64,000 bases of DNA from Squalus acanthias (lineage: Eukaryota), in contig CM059431.1 in the NCBI GenBank assembly GCA_030390025.1, positions 108,130,001-108,194,000 of the forward strand. Direction: 5' to 3'. The translations under genes and the position numbers were made by a program. The notes beneath the pieces are model-generated. The model was not told the origin of the DNA and ran no database searches. It saw only the letters and a program-made list of their open reading frames with translations. Below, one piece after another: positions 1-12,213 of the stretch (position 1 is its first letter; each line of letters begins with the position of its first letter).

Positions 1-170
1 ATCTCTGATTATAATCGCTCAACCATTGGTGGCCGTGCCTTCTGTTGCCTCGGCCCTAAGCTCTGGAATTCCCTGCCTAAACCTCTCCACCTCTCTACCA
101 CTCTTTCCTCCTTTAAGACGCTCCTTAAAGCCTACCTCTTTGACCAAGCTTTTGGTCACCTGCCCTAAGT
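1..170 (+). mobile_element. L2 LINE 3' end fragment
   Basis: accattggtggccgtgccttc...ctccttaaagcctacctctttgaccaagcttttggtcacctg matches the L2 3' ends at 37815-37975 (+) and 55855-56155 (-). Confidence 0.75.
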
Positions 171-174
171 TCTC

Positions 175-890
175 CTTAGGTGAACGGGACTTGGTGCGAG
201 TTAGGACACGGGCAGCTGAGTTTTGGATCACCTCAAGTTTACGTAGGGTTGAATGTGGGAGGCCAGCCAGGAGTGCATTAGAATAGTCAAGTCTAGAGGT
301 AAAAAAGACATGGATGAGGGTTTCAGCAGTGGATGAGCTGAGGTAAGGGTGGAGACAGGCGATGTTACGGAGGTGGAAATAGATCGTCTTAGTTATGCTG
401 CGGATATGTGGTCAGAAGCTCATTTCAGGGTCAAATATGACGCCAAGGTTGCGAACAGTGTGGTTCAGCCTCAGACAGATGTTAGGGAGAGGGATGGAGT
501 CAGTGGCTAGGGAAGGGAGTTTGTGGTGGGGACTGAATACAATGGCTTCGGTCTTCCCAATATTTAATTGGAGAAAATTTCTGCTCATCCAGAACTGGAT
601 GTCAAACAAGCAGTCAGACAATTTAGAGACCGTGGAGGGGTTGAGAGAAGTGGTAGTGAGGTAGAGCTGGGTGTCGGCAGCGTACATGTGGAAGCTGACG
701 CTGTGTTTTCGGATGATGTCGCCAAGGGGCAACATGTAGATGAGAAATAGGAGGGGGCCAAGGATAGATCCTTGGGGGACACCAGAGGTAACAATGTAGG
801 AGCGGGAAGAGAAGCCGTTGCAGGTGATTCTCTGGCTACGATTAGATAGATAAAAATGGAACCAGGCGAGTGCAGTCCCACCCAGCTGAA
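175..890 (-). mobile_element. L2 LINE ORF2 (reverse transcriptase) fragment
   Basis: Minus-strand peptides [24 protein letters not shown] (YADD motif degenerate), FLQLNIGKTE, VRNLGVIFD and IQNSAARVLTRTK are typical of L2 RT. Confidence 0.9.
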
Positions 891-1499
891 TGATTAAATG
901 TTATTGTGGGGAAAATTAAGGCACTTTGCTATATTAATTATTCATCTACACACATTACTGGTAGACACAGGTTCTATGATACCTTTCCTGGATGAAGATG
1001 TTTATTTGTGTTACTTTGGCTGTGCCTTAGGCTAAAACATGCTGCACATTCATGAAAAACCTTACAACTATTAGATTGCATTTCTGCAAATAAGTGACCA
1101 CGTGCACCTTTACATTTCAAACTCTGGTTTGCCTATTTCAGTGGTGAACCTTGTGTTTGTTTCCATGACTAAATTCAAGTTAATCCCATTTATAATCGTG
1201 CTGTGTCCCGTGCTTCAATCTACCTCCACGCATTCAGACAGAAATCAACACTAAACTATTAGCAAAGGTTAGTTCGATTGTGCAAAGTGGTCCATACATA
1301 AAAATCAAAGTGCACGTGGATGTAAAAGCAATGCAATACAAGCTCATGTGCTTTCCCTTGTCAGCCAAGGATGCAATCTGCAATAAATCTTGAAAACAAT
1401 AATGCAATTGAAAGAGTTGATACATCTGAACAGATTACCCTTATAGTAACACTTTACAACCTTCCAACATCAAATTCAACAATTTCAGATCATAACCAC

Positions 1500-1882
1500 T
1501 GCTCCCATTTTTTTCGGACAGCAGTTGTTGGTAATGGTTCTGCTGTTGCCATTTACACCTCCTCTTGACCAGTCTTTTGTTTATTTACTTGTCCCATTAC
1601 CACCCCCTTTTGCCTCGCACCATCATCCCTTTTGTCATTTCATCACTCCTGCCTTCCACCCTATCACAGACCTTCCCTTTTGTTCTTGCCTTCGCCCCTC
1701 GCATCACCGCACCCCCACTCCTCCACCCACTTTCCCTTACTCTACACTTACTTAAAATCTGTTACATCTCTAACTTTTTCCAGTTCTGATGAAAGGTCAT
1801 CGACCTGAAACGTTAACTCTGTTTCTCTCTCCACAGATGCTGCCTGACCTGCTGAGTATTTTCAGCATTTTCTGTTTTTATT
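1500..1882 (+). mobile_element. Penelope-like element 3' region / pseudo-LTR fragment
   Basis: Shares ctatcac-gaccttcccttttgttctt and ttccagttctga-gaaaggtc-tcgacctgaaacgttaactctgtttctctctccac with the pLTR of the GIY-YIG element at 36187-37678. Confidence 0.8.
1782..1818 (+). ncRNA. Minimal type-I hammerhead ribozyme motif (family 1)
   Basis: AGTT-CTGATGA-A-AGGTC(ATC)GACCT-GAA-ACGT-T-AACT: stem I AGTT/AACT, CUGAUGA core, 5-bp stem II, GAAA, palindromic ACGU stem III, GUU cleavage triplet. Confidence 0.8.
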
Positions 1883-2111
1883 ACCCTTACAACAGTGGTG
1901 ACCGAGAGGAAAAGGCCATCTATGTTTTGATCTTTGGAAAAGTAATTTAAAAGCTTTTGTGATTTACAGACATGCCAGTTCCTCTTACTGCATCTTTGTA
2001 GCACTCACCACTGATTTGGAGTCTAACAGAGTGGTAGAGATCCAAACGCTTTCATTACTTATATTATGTATTACATAGAATTAGTTTAGCACCAGCAGTC
2101 TTTCAAAAACA

Positions 2112-2217
2112 TTAAAAATAAAAACAGAAATTGTTGGAAACACTCAGCAGGTCAGGCAGCGTCTGTGGAGAGAGAAACAGAGTTAATGTTTCAGGTTGAT
2201 GACCTTTCGTCAGAACG
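2112..2217 (-). mobile_element. Penelope-type pLTR terminal fragment, inverted relative to 1782-1882
   Basis: Reverse complement of the 1782-1882 segment with a few substitutions. Confidence 0.8.
2181..2216 (-). ncRNA. Degenerate hammerhead ribozyme motif (family 1)
   Basis: Reverse complement GTT-CTGACGA-AAGGTCATCAACCT-GAAACATT-AACT; substitutions break the ACGT palindrome and one stem II pair. Confidence 0.55.
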
Positions 2218-2439
2218 TTACACTAAACATTAAAAAAAACATTGCATGTGCTACTATACATACAGTACTACCTGGATAATGTTTAGCCATTACCACTGGC
2301 TGAACATGAGGAAAGCTTGAATACTGCATACTTTTGTATGAATGATGCTGCACTTTCATTTATTACAGTATTAGCAGAAGTCAGTTTAGATAAAGTGAGC
2401 CACCGTCACCTGGTTATCGGGTTTACTCCCAATCCGGTT

Positions 2440-3330
2440 CATAATTGCAGCTCTTGTTGAATCATATTACCAATCTACATTCTTTCATCAGGCTTAGCAG
2501 AGTGCGTTTGTGCTGTAATATTCGACTATTCCTGAATGTTTGTAAGTTTTTCCAAATGAAAATGAAGCATCTAAAATCGACTAAAGCTGCTCAGAATAGT
2601 TTTGGCAAGTTTTATGAGAATGACATCGGGCATCTAGTGTTAAGCTTTTGATCCATCATTTCACTGCCTGTGTCTATAGATGCTTCAGTTTAAGGACTCT
2701 TTCCTCTACTTATTTTGAATCATGAGCATAGATCTGTATGTACAGTTGCTTTTGGTTTATTTGCAGTAAATGTTGAGAAAAAGAAAACACTCTTGTGGAT
2801 AAAGATCCTTCCCATGTATGGCTGTAGAAAAGGAATATACATTATCAGGTAGAAAATGTGTTTTACATCGTGATTTTGATGTCTCAAGGACCCTACATTC
2901 CACAAAACGGATGGCTTGATTGTTGGAATTCAACGGAGGTGTATAGTATCAAAAAGGAGAGCAAAATATTGCCGCTGAATACTTAACCAGATTGTCTTTT
3001 TTATCTCAAGATGATAGACAACAGCATGATGTAGAGACCGAATGCTACTATTGCTATTGACTGATGACATTTCAGAGGAAGAATTTTGAGTTGCCAGGGC
3101 TTCGTATTCTGTACTTAAAATGTCACAATCAGATGCAACCAGTGAGTCGCATGAAGATGGATTCAAAGCTGTTGGCTTTCTATTACCTTTACAACAAGCT
3201 TCACTACAGCTTGATTGTATCTTATACGCTCACTCTTGGGTAGTGCCTGCTTCTTTTCGGATGAAGCTCACGGTTATGGGTCACACATGTCAACAGGATA
3301 TCAAATAGACATAGCAAAGACCGGTCAGGT
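2440..3330 (+). pseudogene. Decayed Ty3/Gypsy pol relic (RT thumb, RNase H, start of integrase)
   Basis: Manual translation across stops and frameshifts gives TNLHSFIRL, VSIDASV*GL, TVAFG, MAVEKEYTLSGRKCVL, LLEFNGGV*YQKGEQNIAAEYLTRL and WVVPASFRMKLTVMGHTCQQDIK*T*QR, in Gypsy order. Confidence 0.75.
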
Positions 3331-3519
3331 CTCCAATTGGATTATGGTGAATTAGAGGGTATGCTGTTCTATAACAATAGGGTGTTTATGCCATCAGGCC
3401 CTTGAATGCAGTAAATGAATAAATTAAATTGCATTTTTAGTATATAGCCTGTTGTGATTTTTACTGGTGTTTTTGGGATTCAATTTCCCAACCCTGTCCA
3501 TCAACCTGTGAAAAGCAGA

Positions 3520-3842
3520 AACTGTTCCCAGTGGCAGAAGGGTCGGTAACCAGAGGACACAGATTTAAGGTGATTGGCAAAAGAACCAAAGCAACATGAG
3601 GAAATATTTTTTTTTTCTCACAGCGAGTTGTTGTGATCTGGAATGCACTGCCTGAAAGGGCGGTGGAAGCAGATTCAATAATAACTTTCAAAAGGGAATT
3701 GGATAAATACTTGAAGCAGGGAAAAATACAGGGCTATGGGGAAAGAACAGGTGAGTGGGATTAATTGGATAGCTCTACCAAAGAGCCGCCATAGACACGA
3801 TGGGCCAAATGGCCTCCTTCTGTGCTGTATCATTCTATGATG
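3520..3842 (+). mobile_element. CR1 LINE 3' fragment
   Basis: LFPVAEGSVTRGHRFKV...RVVVIWNALPE coding remnant, 3' stem region and attctatga tail. Confidence 0.9.
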
Positions 3843-3994
3843 CTGGAAAAACTGAAATGAATGGCTTTTATAATATAGGTAATCATTTACTTGTGTATTT
3901 AATTTGTTCCCCATATCTGTTTGAAAGCTGAGAAAACAGCAAACTGGCATGCAAGATGTATTAACTGGAGTTAGATGTCTTAGCAATAGACTCA

Positions 3995-4125
3995 CAAAGC
4001 ATCAAGGGGTATGGGGAGAGAGTGGGAATATGGTATTGAGATAGAGGATCAGCCATGATCATATTGAATGGCGGAGCAGGCTCGAAGGGCCAAATGGCCT
4101 ACTCCTGCTCCTATTTTTCTATTTT
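3995..4125 (+). mobile_element. CR1 LINE 3' terminal fragment
   Basis: gatcagccatgatcatattgaatggcggagcaggctcgaagggccaaatggcctactcctgctcctattt 3' end motif. Confidence 0.85.
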
Positions 4126-4779
4126 TCAATACGAGACCTGAAGGAGTGGGGTCAAGTTGCACTGGGGGGGTGGTACTACACGTTAGTGGCATGAGGAACG
4201 GTGCTGGGCTTTTGTAGCACTGGGAAATGGTTCTGGAATTTAACAGAACTGGGGTAGCGACCCTGGAATTTGAAAGCACCGCAGTGAGGCTGTTGAGAAC
4301 CAACAGCATGGGGAATCCTTGCATCCAGCAGATCTATAGAGAAGGAAACCTAGGGTTGGCAGAACTGTGGAGGTAATCCCGAGGTTTGTCAAAATTAGGG
4401 TGGAATATGAGATTTGGCTCACTGGTGCTAGCAGTGAGGGGAGATCGGGAATTTCCTCGGCATTACACCCGATTAGTCAGCATAACTTTGTCGGAAGATC
4501 ACGGACACCCCATTTAACTGAGGAGGCAGATCTCAAGATTTCTATAGCAGTAAGGATGAGGACCCCCCATACAGCTTCCAGCATTATCTGTTAATGTCTT
4601 TTCTGTACCGTGTAGGAAGAAATACAAAAATGCTATCAAAAACATAATCGACGGGTAAGAATTGTTTATCTTGAACATCAGTGCTAGCGCAAGTCGCTGA
4701 AACAGTGGAAAAGAACGGTATATATTCAGATTTACAACAGGCAAAAAAAAATCTAATTTGCTTTCTTGCTGATTTGCTC

Positions 4780-5150
4780 CCCTCCTCTCCTGCAGGTGCT
4801 GATTCCTTGTTGGGATATGGTCCCACCGGTACCTCATCCAAGTGGCCATTATTCACAAGTTAGCCTTGCAGATGAGTACTGGGGGCTTTTCAACTGCACA
4901 GGGAGGGCATTGCAGCCAAGACTGATGGCTTTCCTTTGCCTGATGTCCACGCATGCACATTTCCAGCAGAGGTCACTGGAGAGTGATAACGAACAGATCT
5001 TGAGCCAGTTTTCCTCTCGCTAACCCAGGTGCTCCAAGGCCAACTTTAGTTCCCCTTCCACCACCCTTAACTCAGTGCAAACCAGAAACGTTCTTCATCT
5101 GTATCGCACAGCTACTCACTAGATAATTTTGCTGAACCATTGGGGAAGCT
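4780..5150 (-). repeat. Old interspersed repeat, probably a SINE
   Basis: Shares the ttccagcagaggtca core with 52240-52260 and 55760-55780; family not identified; strand is a guess. Confidence 0.4.
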
Positions 5151-5384
5151 CGGCCTGAAGGCAGATACATAAGTACGCAAAGCTTCAAAACAATTAAAAG
5201 GGCCATCATCAGACAAAATACTATAGAGTAGGTTCTTGGCACACAGAGGGCTTAAGTTTTATTGGAACAACCAAATATTTCAGAACAATCTGAAGAATTT
5301 CCTACAATTTGGTGAGCATATAGACGGAAGAGGGCTGCAGATGAGTGCTCAGCAGAATATCCAAGGACATTAAAGAATGAACAA

Positions 5385-5487
5385 GAGTTGCATTTATATA
5401 GTGCCTTTCATAACATCAGGACGTCCCAAAGTGCTTCACAGCCAATTAAGCACTTTTGAAGTGTAGTCACTGTTGTAATGTAGGAAA
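5385..5487 (-). mobile_element. DeuSINE/L2-type 3' tail fragment
   Basis: ttgcatttatatagtgcc...ggacgtcccaaagtgcttcacagccaat...gtcactgttgtaatgtaggaaa matches 38820-38930. Confidence 0.75.
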
Positions 5488-5629
5488 ATCAAAAATTAAA
5501 GAGCTCACCTTGGTGTTTGATTTTGCGAAAACCATTGAAGGAGTATGATTTGGAACTGGAATGAATAACACTCAATAATGCTGTGGTAAATAATTGAGCA
5601 GATTTTATGCTGGACATGGGACCTCTAAC

Positions 5630-6297
5630 TCATAGAATCATAACGGCACAGAAGGAGGCCATTCAGCCCATCGAGTCCATGCCGGCTCTCTGCAGAGCAA
5701 TCCAGTCAGTCCCATTCCCCCGCTCTGTCCCCGTAGCCCTGCAAGTTTATTTCCCTCAAGTGCCTATCCAGTCTCCCCTTGAAAACATTGAGTGTCTCTG
5801 CTTCCACCACTTCTGTTGGCAGCGAGTTCCAGGTCCTCACCACTCGCTGCGTAAAAAAGTTTTTCCTCACATCCCCCTTGTATCTCTTGCCCAAAACTTT
5901 AAATCTGTGTCCCCTAGTCCTTGTACCATCAACTAGTGGGAACAACCTTTCCCCGTCTAGCCTATCCAAACCCGTCATAATCTTGTACACCTCTATCAAA
6001 TCACCCCTCAACCTCCTTTGCTCTAATGAAAATAAATCCAGATTCTCCAAACTGTCCTTGTAGCCAAGATCCCCCATCCCCAGAAAAATTCTGGTGAATC
6101 TCCTCTGTACCCTCTCAAGTGCCTTCACATCCTTCCTAAAGTGTGGTGACCAGAACTGGACTCAATATTCCAGTTGTGGCCTAACCAGCGCCTTGTAAGG
6201 TTCAGCATAACTTCTCTACTTTTGTATTCAATACCTCTATTTATGAAACCCAAGATTCCATATGCTTTGCTAACCACTCTCTCAATATGTCCTGCCT
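5630..6297 (-). mobile_element. CR1 LINE 3' fragment
   Basis: ORF 5706-6128 ALERVQRRFTR...LEQRRLRGDLIEVYKIM...RVVRTWNSLP; catagaat tail. Confidence 0.93.
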
Positions 6298-6396
6298 AAG
6301 TAAGAGCCTTATGCTTTAACTCACATCAGATACATAATTCCAGCAGAAAACCCTTGGATTATTCACTCTAGTCATTGATACCTGGTTAAAGATAAA

Positions 6397-6585
6397 GGCA
6401 TTGAAATTGCAAGGAGGATTCACTCAGTCTCGCCAGCATTCAGGCTGGCAGAAACCCCAGGAAAACCAAGGAGACCTGGCCTAACTCGGGTTACGCCAGA
6501 TCTCCGCCATTTTCCAGTGAGTTCGTCACTGTCCCACCAGAGTTACTGAGAGAGAACAGAAGGTCCTCCATGGAATTTCAGGGTC
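6397..6585. mobile_element. Short Harbinger-type MITE
   Basis: Imperfect 22-bp TIR GGCATTGAAATTGCAAGGAGGA versus reverse complement GACCCTGAAATTCCATGGAGGA; flanked by AAA on both sides. Confidence 0.55.
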
Positions 6586-7024
6586 AAACCATTCTTGTGT
6601 TTACACTATTAATTTTGTGGTCCATTTGCTCCTGTTGACGATTAGAAATTTAGTGTTTCTCCGTGGAGTGTTATTATATTGCTTGTCTCTTTTATGTTGA
6701 ATCTAATATGTTAGAATTAGTTGTTCAATCTAAATGCCAGTGCCTGGAAGTAATGACAGTCATCTTACTGAGCAAAATATTAACAAACAATTCAACACGT
6801 GGACCTTGGGCGGAATCAGATGGAGATAACATCTGGAGCTGGAGGATGGGTTTTAGAACTGATTGGATTCGGAGAACCTCAATTACCCAGTCTAACGTGA
6901 CATAAAGCTGAGAATTAGTCACATTTGCTGACATTTCATTGCTGGGAGATTGGCAACAAAGAATGTGATGAAGAGATTATCTGTTAAAGACCTGCAGATG
7001 GATGAAATGTGTGGCTCTCTCAGT

Positions 7025-9300
7025 GTTGGCCACAGTTTGGTGGTGAGAGAACCAACACGAGGGAAAAACCTACTTGACCTCGTCCTCACCAATCTACCTG
7101 TCGCAGATGCATCTGTCCATGACAGTATTGGTAGCAGTGACCACTGCACAGTCATTGTGGAGACGAAGTCCCATCTTCACACTGAGGACACCCTCCATCG
7201 TGTTGTGTGGCGCTACCACCGTGCTAAATGGGATAGATTCAGAACAGATCTAGCAGCTCAAAACTGGACATCTATGAGGTGCTGTGGGCCATCAGCAGCA
7301 GAATTATATTCCACCACAATCTGTAACCTCATGGCCCGGCATATCCCTCTCTCTACCATTACCATCAAGCCAGGGGACCAACCCTGGTTCAATAAGGAGT
7401 GTAGAAGAGCATGCCAGGAGCAACACCTGGCGTACCTAAAAATGAGGCACCAACCTGGGGAAGCTGCAACACAGGTCTACATGCATGCTAAAAAGCAGAA
7501 GCAGCATGCTATAGACAGGGCTAAGCGATCCCACAACCAACGGATCAGATCAAAGCTCTGCAGTCCTGCCACATCCAGTCATGAATGGTGGTGGACCATT
7601 AAACAACTAATGGGAGGAGGAGGCTCCATGAATATCCCCATCCTATATGATGGTGCAGCCCAGCACGTGAGTGCAAAATACAAGGCTGAAGTGTTTGCAA
7701 CCATCTTCAGCCAGAAGTGCTGAGTGGATGATCCATATCAGCCTCTACCTGCGGTCCCCACCATCACAGAAGCCAGTCTTCAGCCAATTCAATTCACTCC
7801 ACGTGATATCAAGAAACGGCTGAGAACACTGGATACAGCAAAGGCTGAAGACTTGTGCTCCAGAACTAGCCGCGCCTCTAGCCAAGCTATTCCAATACAG
7901 CTACAACACTGGCATCTATCCGACAATGTGGAAAACTGCCCAGGTGTTTCCTGTCCACAAAAAGCAGGACAAATTCAATCCGGCCAATTACAGCCCCATC
8001 AGTCTACTCTCAATCATCAGCAAAGTGATGGAAGGTGTCATCGACGGTGTCATCGACAGTGCTGTCAAGCGGCACTTACTCACCAATAACCTGCTCACTG
8101 ATGTCCAGTTTGGGTTCAGTCAAGACCACTCGGCTGCTGAGCTCATTACAGCCTTGGTCCAAACATGGACAAAGGAGCTGAATTCTAGAGGTGAGGTGAG
8201 TGACTGCCCTTGACATCAAGGCAACATTTGACCGAGTGTGGCATGAAGAGCCCTAGTAAAACAGAAGTCAATGGGAATCGGGGGGAAAACTCTCCACTGG
8301 CTGGAGTCATACCTAGCACAAAGGAAGACGGTTGTGGTGATTGAAGGTCAATCATCACAGCCTCAGGACATCGCTGTAGGAGTTCCTCAGGGCAGTGTCC
8401 TAGGCCCAACCATCTTCAGCTGCTTCATCAATGACCTTCTCTCCAACATAAGGTCAGAAATGGGGATGTTCGTTGATTACTGCACAGTGTTCAGTGCCAT
8501 TCGGAACTCCTCAGATAATGAAGCAGTCCATGCCCGCATGCAACAAGACCTGGATGACGTTCAGGCTTGGGCTAATAAGTGGCAGGTAACAGTCGCGCCA
8601 CAGAAGTGCCAGGCAATGACTATCTCCAACAAGCGAGAGTCTAAACACCACCCCTTGACATTCAATGGAATTGCCATCACCGAATCCCCCACCATCAACA
8701 TCCTGGTGGTCGCCATTGACCAGAAATTTAACTGGACCAGCCACATAAGTACTGTGGCAACAAGAGCAGGTCAGAGGCAAGCCTTTCTAGCATCTACAAG
8801 GCACAAGGAGTGTGATGGAATATTCTCCAGTTGCCTGGATGAGTGCAGCTCCAACAACACTCAAGAAGCTCAACACAATCCAGGGCAAAGCAGCCTGCTT
8901 GATTGGCATCCCCTCTACCACCACCGGCGTACCATGGCTGCAGTGTGCACCATCTACAAGATGCACTGCAGCAACTCGCCAAGGCTTCTTCGGCAGCACA
9001 TCCCAAACCCGCGACCTCTTCCATCTAGAAGAACAAGGGCAGCAGATGCATGGGAACACCACCACCTCCAAGTTCCCCTCCAAGTCACACATCATCCTGA
9101 CTTAGAAGTATATCGCCGATCCTTCATCGTCGCTGGGTCAAAATCCTGGAACTCCCTACCTAACAGCATTGTGGGAGTACCTTCACCACACGGACTGCAG
9201 CGGTTCAAGACGACGACTCACCACCACCTTCTCAAGGGCAATTAGGGATGGGCAATAAATGCTGGCCTTGCTAGCAACGCCCACATCCCATAAAAACAAA
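7025..9300 (+). mobile_element. 5'-truncated LINE of a second CR1/L2-group family ('family B'); APE C-terminus plus RT, disrupted
   Basis: EPTRGKNLLDLVLTN...SDH (APE), [48 protein letters not shown] (FADD); 3' end caccaccaccttctcaagggcaattagggatgggcaataaatgctggcc; stops and frameshifts. Confidence 0.93.
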
Positions 9301-9322
9301 TTTTTAAAAAGTTTGAAATATA

Positions 9323-9497
9323 CAGGTAGATTTTCAACTTGCTACCCAAGTTGAGGATTGGTCCCCCCCATTATAAAACTTGCCCAATTTCATTTCAACG
9401 GAAATTGAAACTTAAATGAAAACTGGCCGGTTTCCATAACTGCCGCCAATCCACAACATGAGATTTATGTCTGGGCGGCAACTTGAAAATTGATCCC
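9323..9497. mobile_element. Short MITE
   Basis: Imperfect 26-bp TIR CAGGTAGATTTTCAACTTGCTACCCA versus reverse complement GGGATCAATTTTCAAGTTGCCGCCCA. Confidence 0.5.
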
Positions 9498-9684
9498 ATT
9501 AACTGTCTGACTAGTTTTGTTCCTGAAGCAGAGGAGATCAACTCTAATGCGGCTCTTACAAGCTGCAATCAAATTCATCGGCTCCACTTCCGCCTGACGC
9601 AGGAGGACTGATTTAAGAAGTAAATAAGGGACCAATAGGCAGGGAGGCTGGTATACACTGCTGTCCTGAAAAGGGGGCTGCAAT

Positions 9685-10008
9685 GTATTACATAGTATTT
9701 ACAGCACAGAAACAGGCCATTCAGCCCAACTGGTCTGTGCTGGTGTTTTTGCTCCACACGAGCCTCCAACCACCCCTCTTCATCTAACCCCATCAACATA
9801 TCCTTCTATTCCTTTCTCCCTCATGTGATTACCTAGCTTCCCCTTAAATGCATCTATGGTAGTCACCTCAACTAGTACATGTGGTAGTGAGTTCCATATT
9901 CTAACCACTCTCTGGGTAGATGTTGCTCCTGAATTCCCTATTGGATTTATTAGTGACTATCTTATATTTATGGCCCCTAGTTGTGGTCTCGCCCACAAGT
10001 AGAAACAT
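9685..10008 (-). mobile_element. CR1 LINE 3' fragment
   Basis: Reverse complement of the CR1 3' end seen at 14705-14980. Confidence 0.88.
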
Positions 10009-10010
10009 CA

Positions 10011-11375
10011 GGGGGAAAATTCAATTGGTTAGCGTCTCCCGTTAGCGCCTGCCGCTGGCGCTAATGGGGCACTGATGCAGTAGCGCCGGGGCGAGGCAAA
10101 TCTGGCAGCACAAAGGAAATCCGGACCCCCTGTTGCACCGCCGGTATGAGGTACTGCCGGGGACTTCAACGCCAGGCAGATCGTGACGTCGGTGAACGTG
10201 CAACGCTCACTGGGCGGCCGATCTGCCAACTTCATTATGGACACTTACCTTTGCGCCTCGACCAGTCAGCAACAGGGAGACGAGGTGTACAGCTGCAGGA
10301 CGCCAGCTCCAGGGACGTTATTTAAAGGCATCCGCATTAATCATTCACAGCTGTCAGGGCAGGTCAGTTTCTCTGGTCTCTTGTCAGTTTCAGGTAGTGG
10401 ATGAGTTTGCATGAGTAATTTCAAGATTCTTTTTTATCAGCAGTGTTCTGGCAAGTGCAAAGTGGCTACACTTATTGTTCAAAGATTCAAACTGCTACAC
10501 TTGACAACATTAATGGGGGCTATACTGGCATGCCACCTCAGCCTCCAAGATCTATGGTGGAGGGAGTGTAGGCAGCCAGAAATACGGGAATATGTGCGCA
10601 GAGGGATGAGGAGGGACATCAGGGCTCTCACCAGGATGACTTAAACCTCAGATCCCTTTTGCTCACCACATGCCCATCCTACCATCCCTGTGTCATGCCA
10701 TATCACAGCATCCTCCTGGGCGCAAAGGTGAAATGAGAGAGAGCACAAAATATTGCAAACTCCATTAATAAATTTATGCATAAATATATCACACATATCA
10801 CAGTTATTCTAACAACTAATGACCCTTGTGCCTGCCATAGTTGAACAGCTGTCATTGTGTGCAAGGCGTGAGATGTGGGTTTGAGTGTTGGTAGGTTGAG
10901 ATTGTTGGTGGGTGAGTGCTGGGGGTGTGGTGCTTTGGGCAGTGTGTGAAGCTTGTGGTTCAGATGGTGGTATGTAGCATTTGTTGAAGCTTTCAATCAC
11001 CCTGACCACCCGACTGAGGTGGATCTGCCATGAGTCCTCCAGCTCATTCTCCTTGTTGTGCTTCTCCTTGCTGAGGCAGCTGCACAGCCAGTAATGCTGA
11101 GAATGAGGTGCTGCAGTATCAATGAACCTCCCCTTTAAGTACTGGGAAAAGCCTTTGGCAATGATGAGTTGAGATTAGACTGCACCCGATATTGGTCCAC
11201 CCTTTGAGTGGAACGCCACTGAGCTAGGCCTTTAAGACTTGATTTTGCGCCCCAATCATTTCTTTGAGCAGTGAGAATGAATTTTGCCTGCAGTCTAAAG
11301 CATTAGCGCCTGGTGTTAATTCTCAAACTTTTCTAAAGATACCGCCCATTCCTGGGCTATAATGAATTTCTATCA
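10011..11375. mobile_element. Degraded non-autonomous DNA transposon, probably Harbinger
   Basis: GGGGGAAAATTCA left end, GC-rich subterminal tagcgcc repeats as at 32889, tgaattttgcc / tgaatttctatc near the right end; right boundary uncertain. Confidence 0.5.
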
Positions 11376-12213
11376 GGTCACCCTGTAAAAGCAGCTTATC
11401 GAAAATAAAAGAAGATGACTGAATAAAAGAGATGATTGAAGCAGCAAGTTCTATGATCCATAACTACCTGAAGATGAGGAAGATGATAAAACAACTCACC
11501 CAAGAATTGTGAGCACTGTAAAAATCATAGTTGTGAGGAGACTTATTCCTTCAAGTTTCTTAACAAGTTCTCTCTAGATCTCAAGAAGGAAGTAGGAGGG
11601 CTGTAGGGAACATCATAGAATTCAACAGGGGAAGAAGTGCTCAGTTTGCTATGTATAGCAAAATCAAAATGCACTCAAAAAGAACATGTTTACAGTGTTA
11701 CTGCACATAAGGACCAGAGTAATTCTCCCCTAAAAGGCTTTGCTCTTGTACAAAAAGCCACATATGGAGCCTTACCAATCAGTGTTGTCCAAGTTAATGC
11801 AGTATTTATTTTTTAAGGAAAGTGTTTTCTAGACCATGGCTATTGAAGTGTCTAAGTCCATCCATCTGTAACAATTGCCTTCATGTTCAGACTGTAATTA
11901 TTGCCTCACGCCGAAAAGTACCTTCAAAGTATATGTAATCAAAGCTCATGCAATATTCACCTTTCAAATCAGAGTGAAATCAATAAAAATTGAATGGATT
12001 TTAATGACTTTTTCCATTTGCTGTTTCAACTTAACGAAGGAATTGTCTGTGGATTTTGAAAGTGTGCGGGTTTCAGTTATTCCATTGCAGGTCCTATTGC
12101 AGAATACTCCATCCACTGACAATGGAGTCTTATTCAGTCAAGCTAACACATAGTTGATGATAAATTATCCACAGGTGTCTCTTACAGCAAAAAGTAATTT
12201 ATTTTGTTATATT

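Noticed and set aside
8033..8057. 12-bp tandem duplication ggtgtcatcgac in a LINE
   Set aside because: Ordinary slippage in a dead copy; the 11-bp unit difference between the two pLTRs near 36430 and 37500 is similarly trivial
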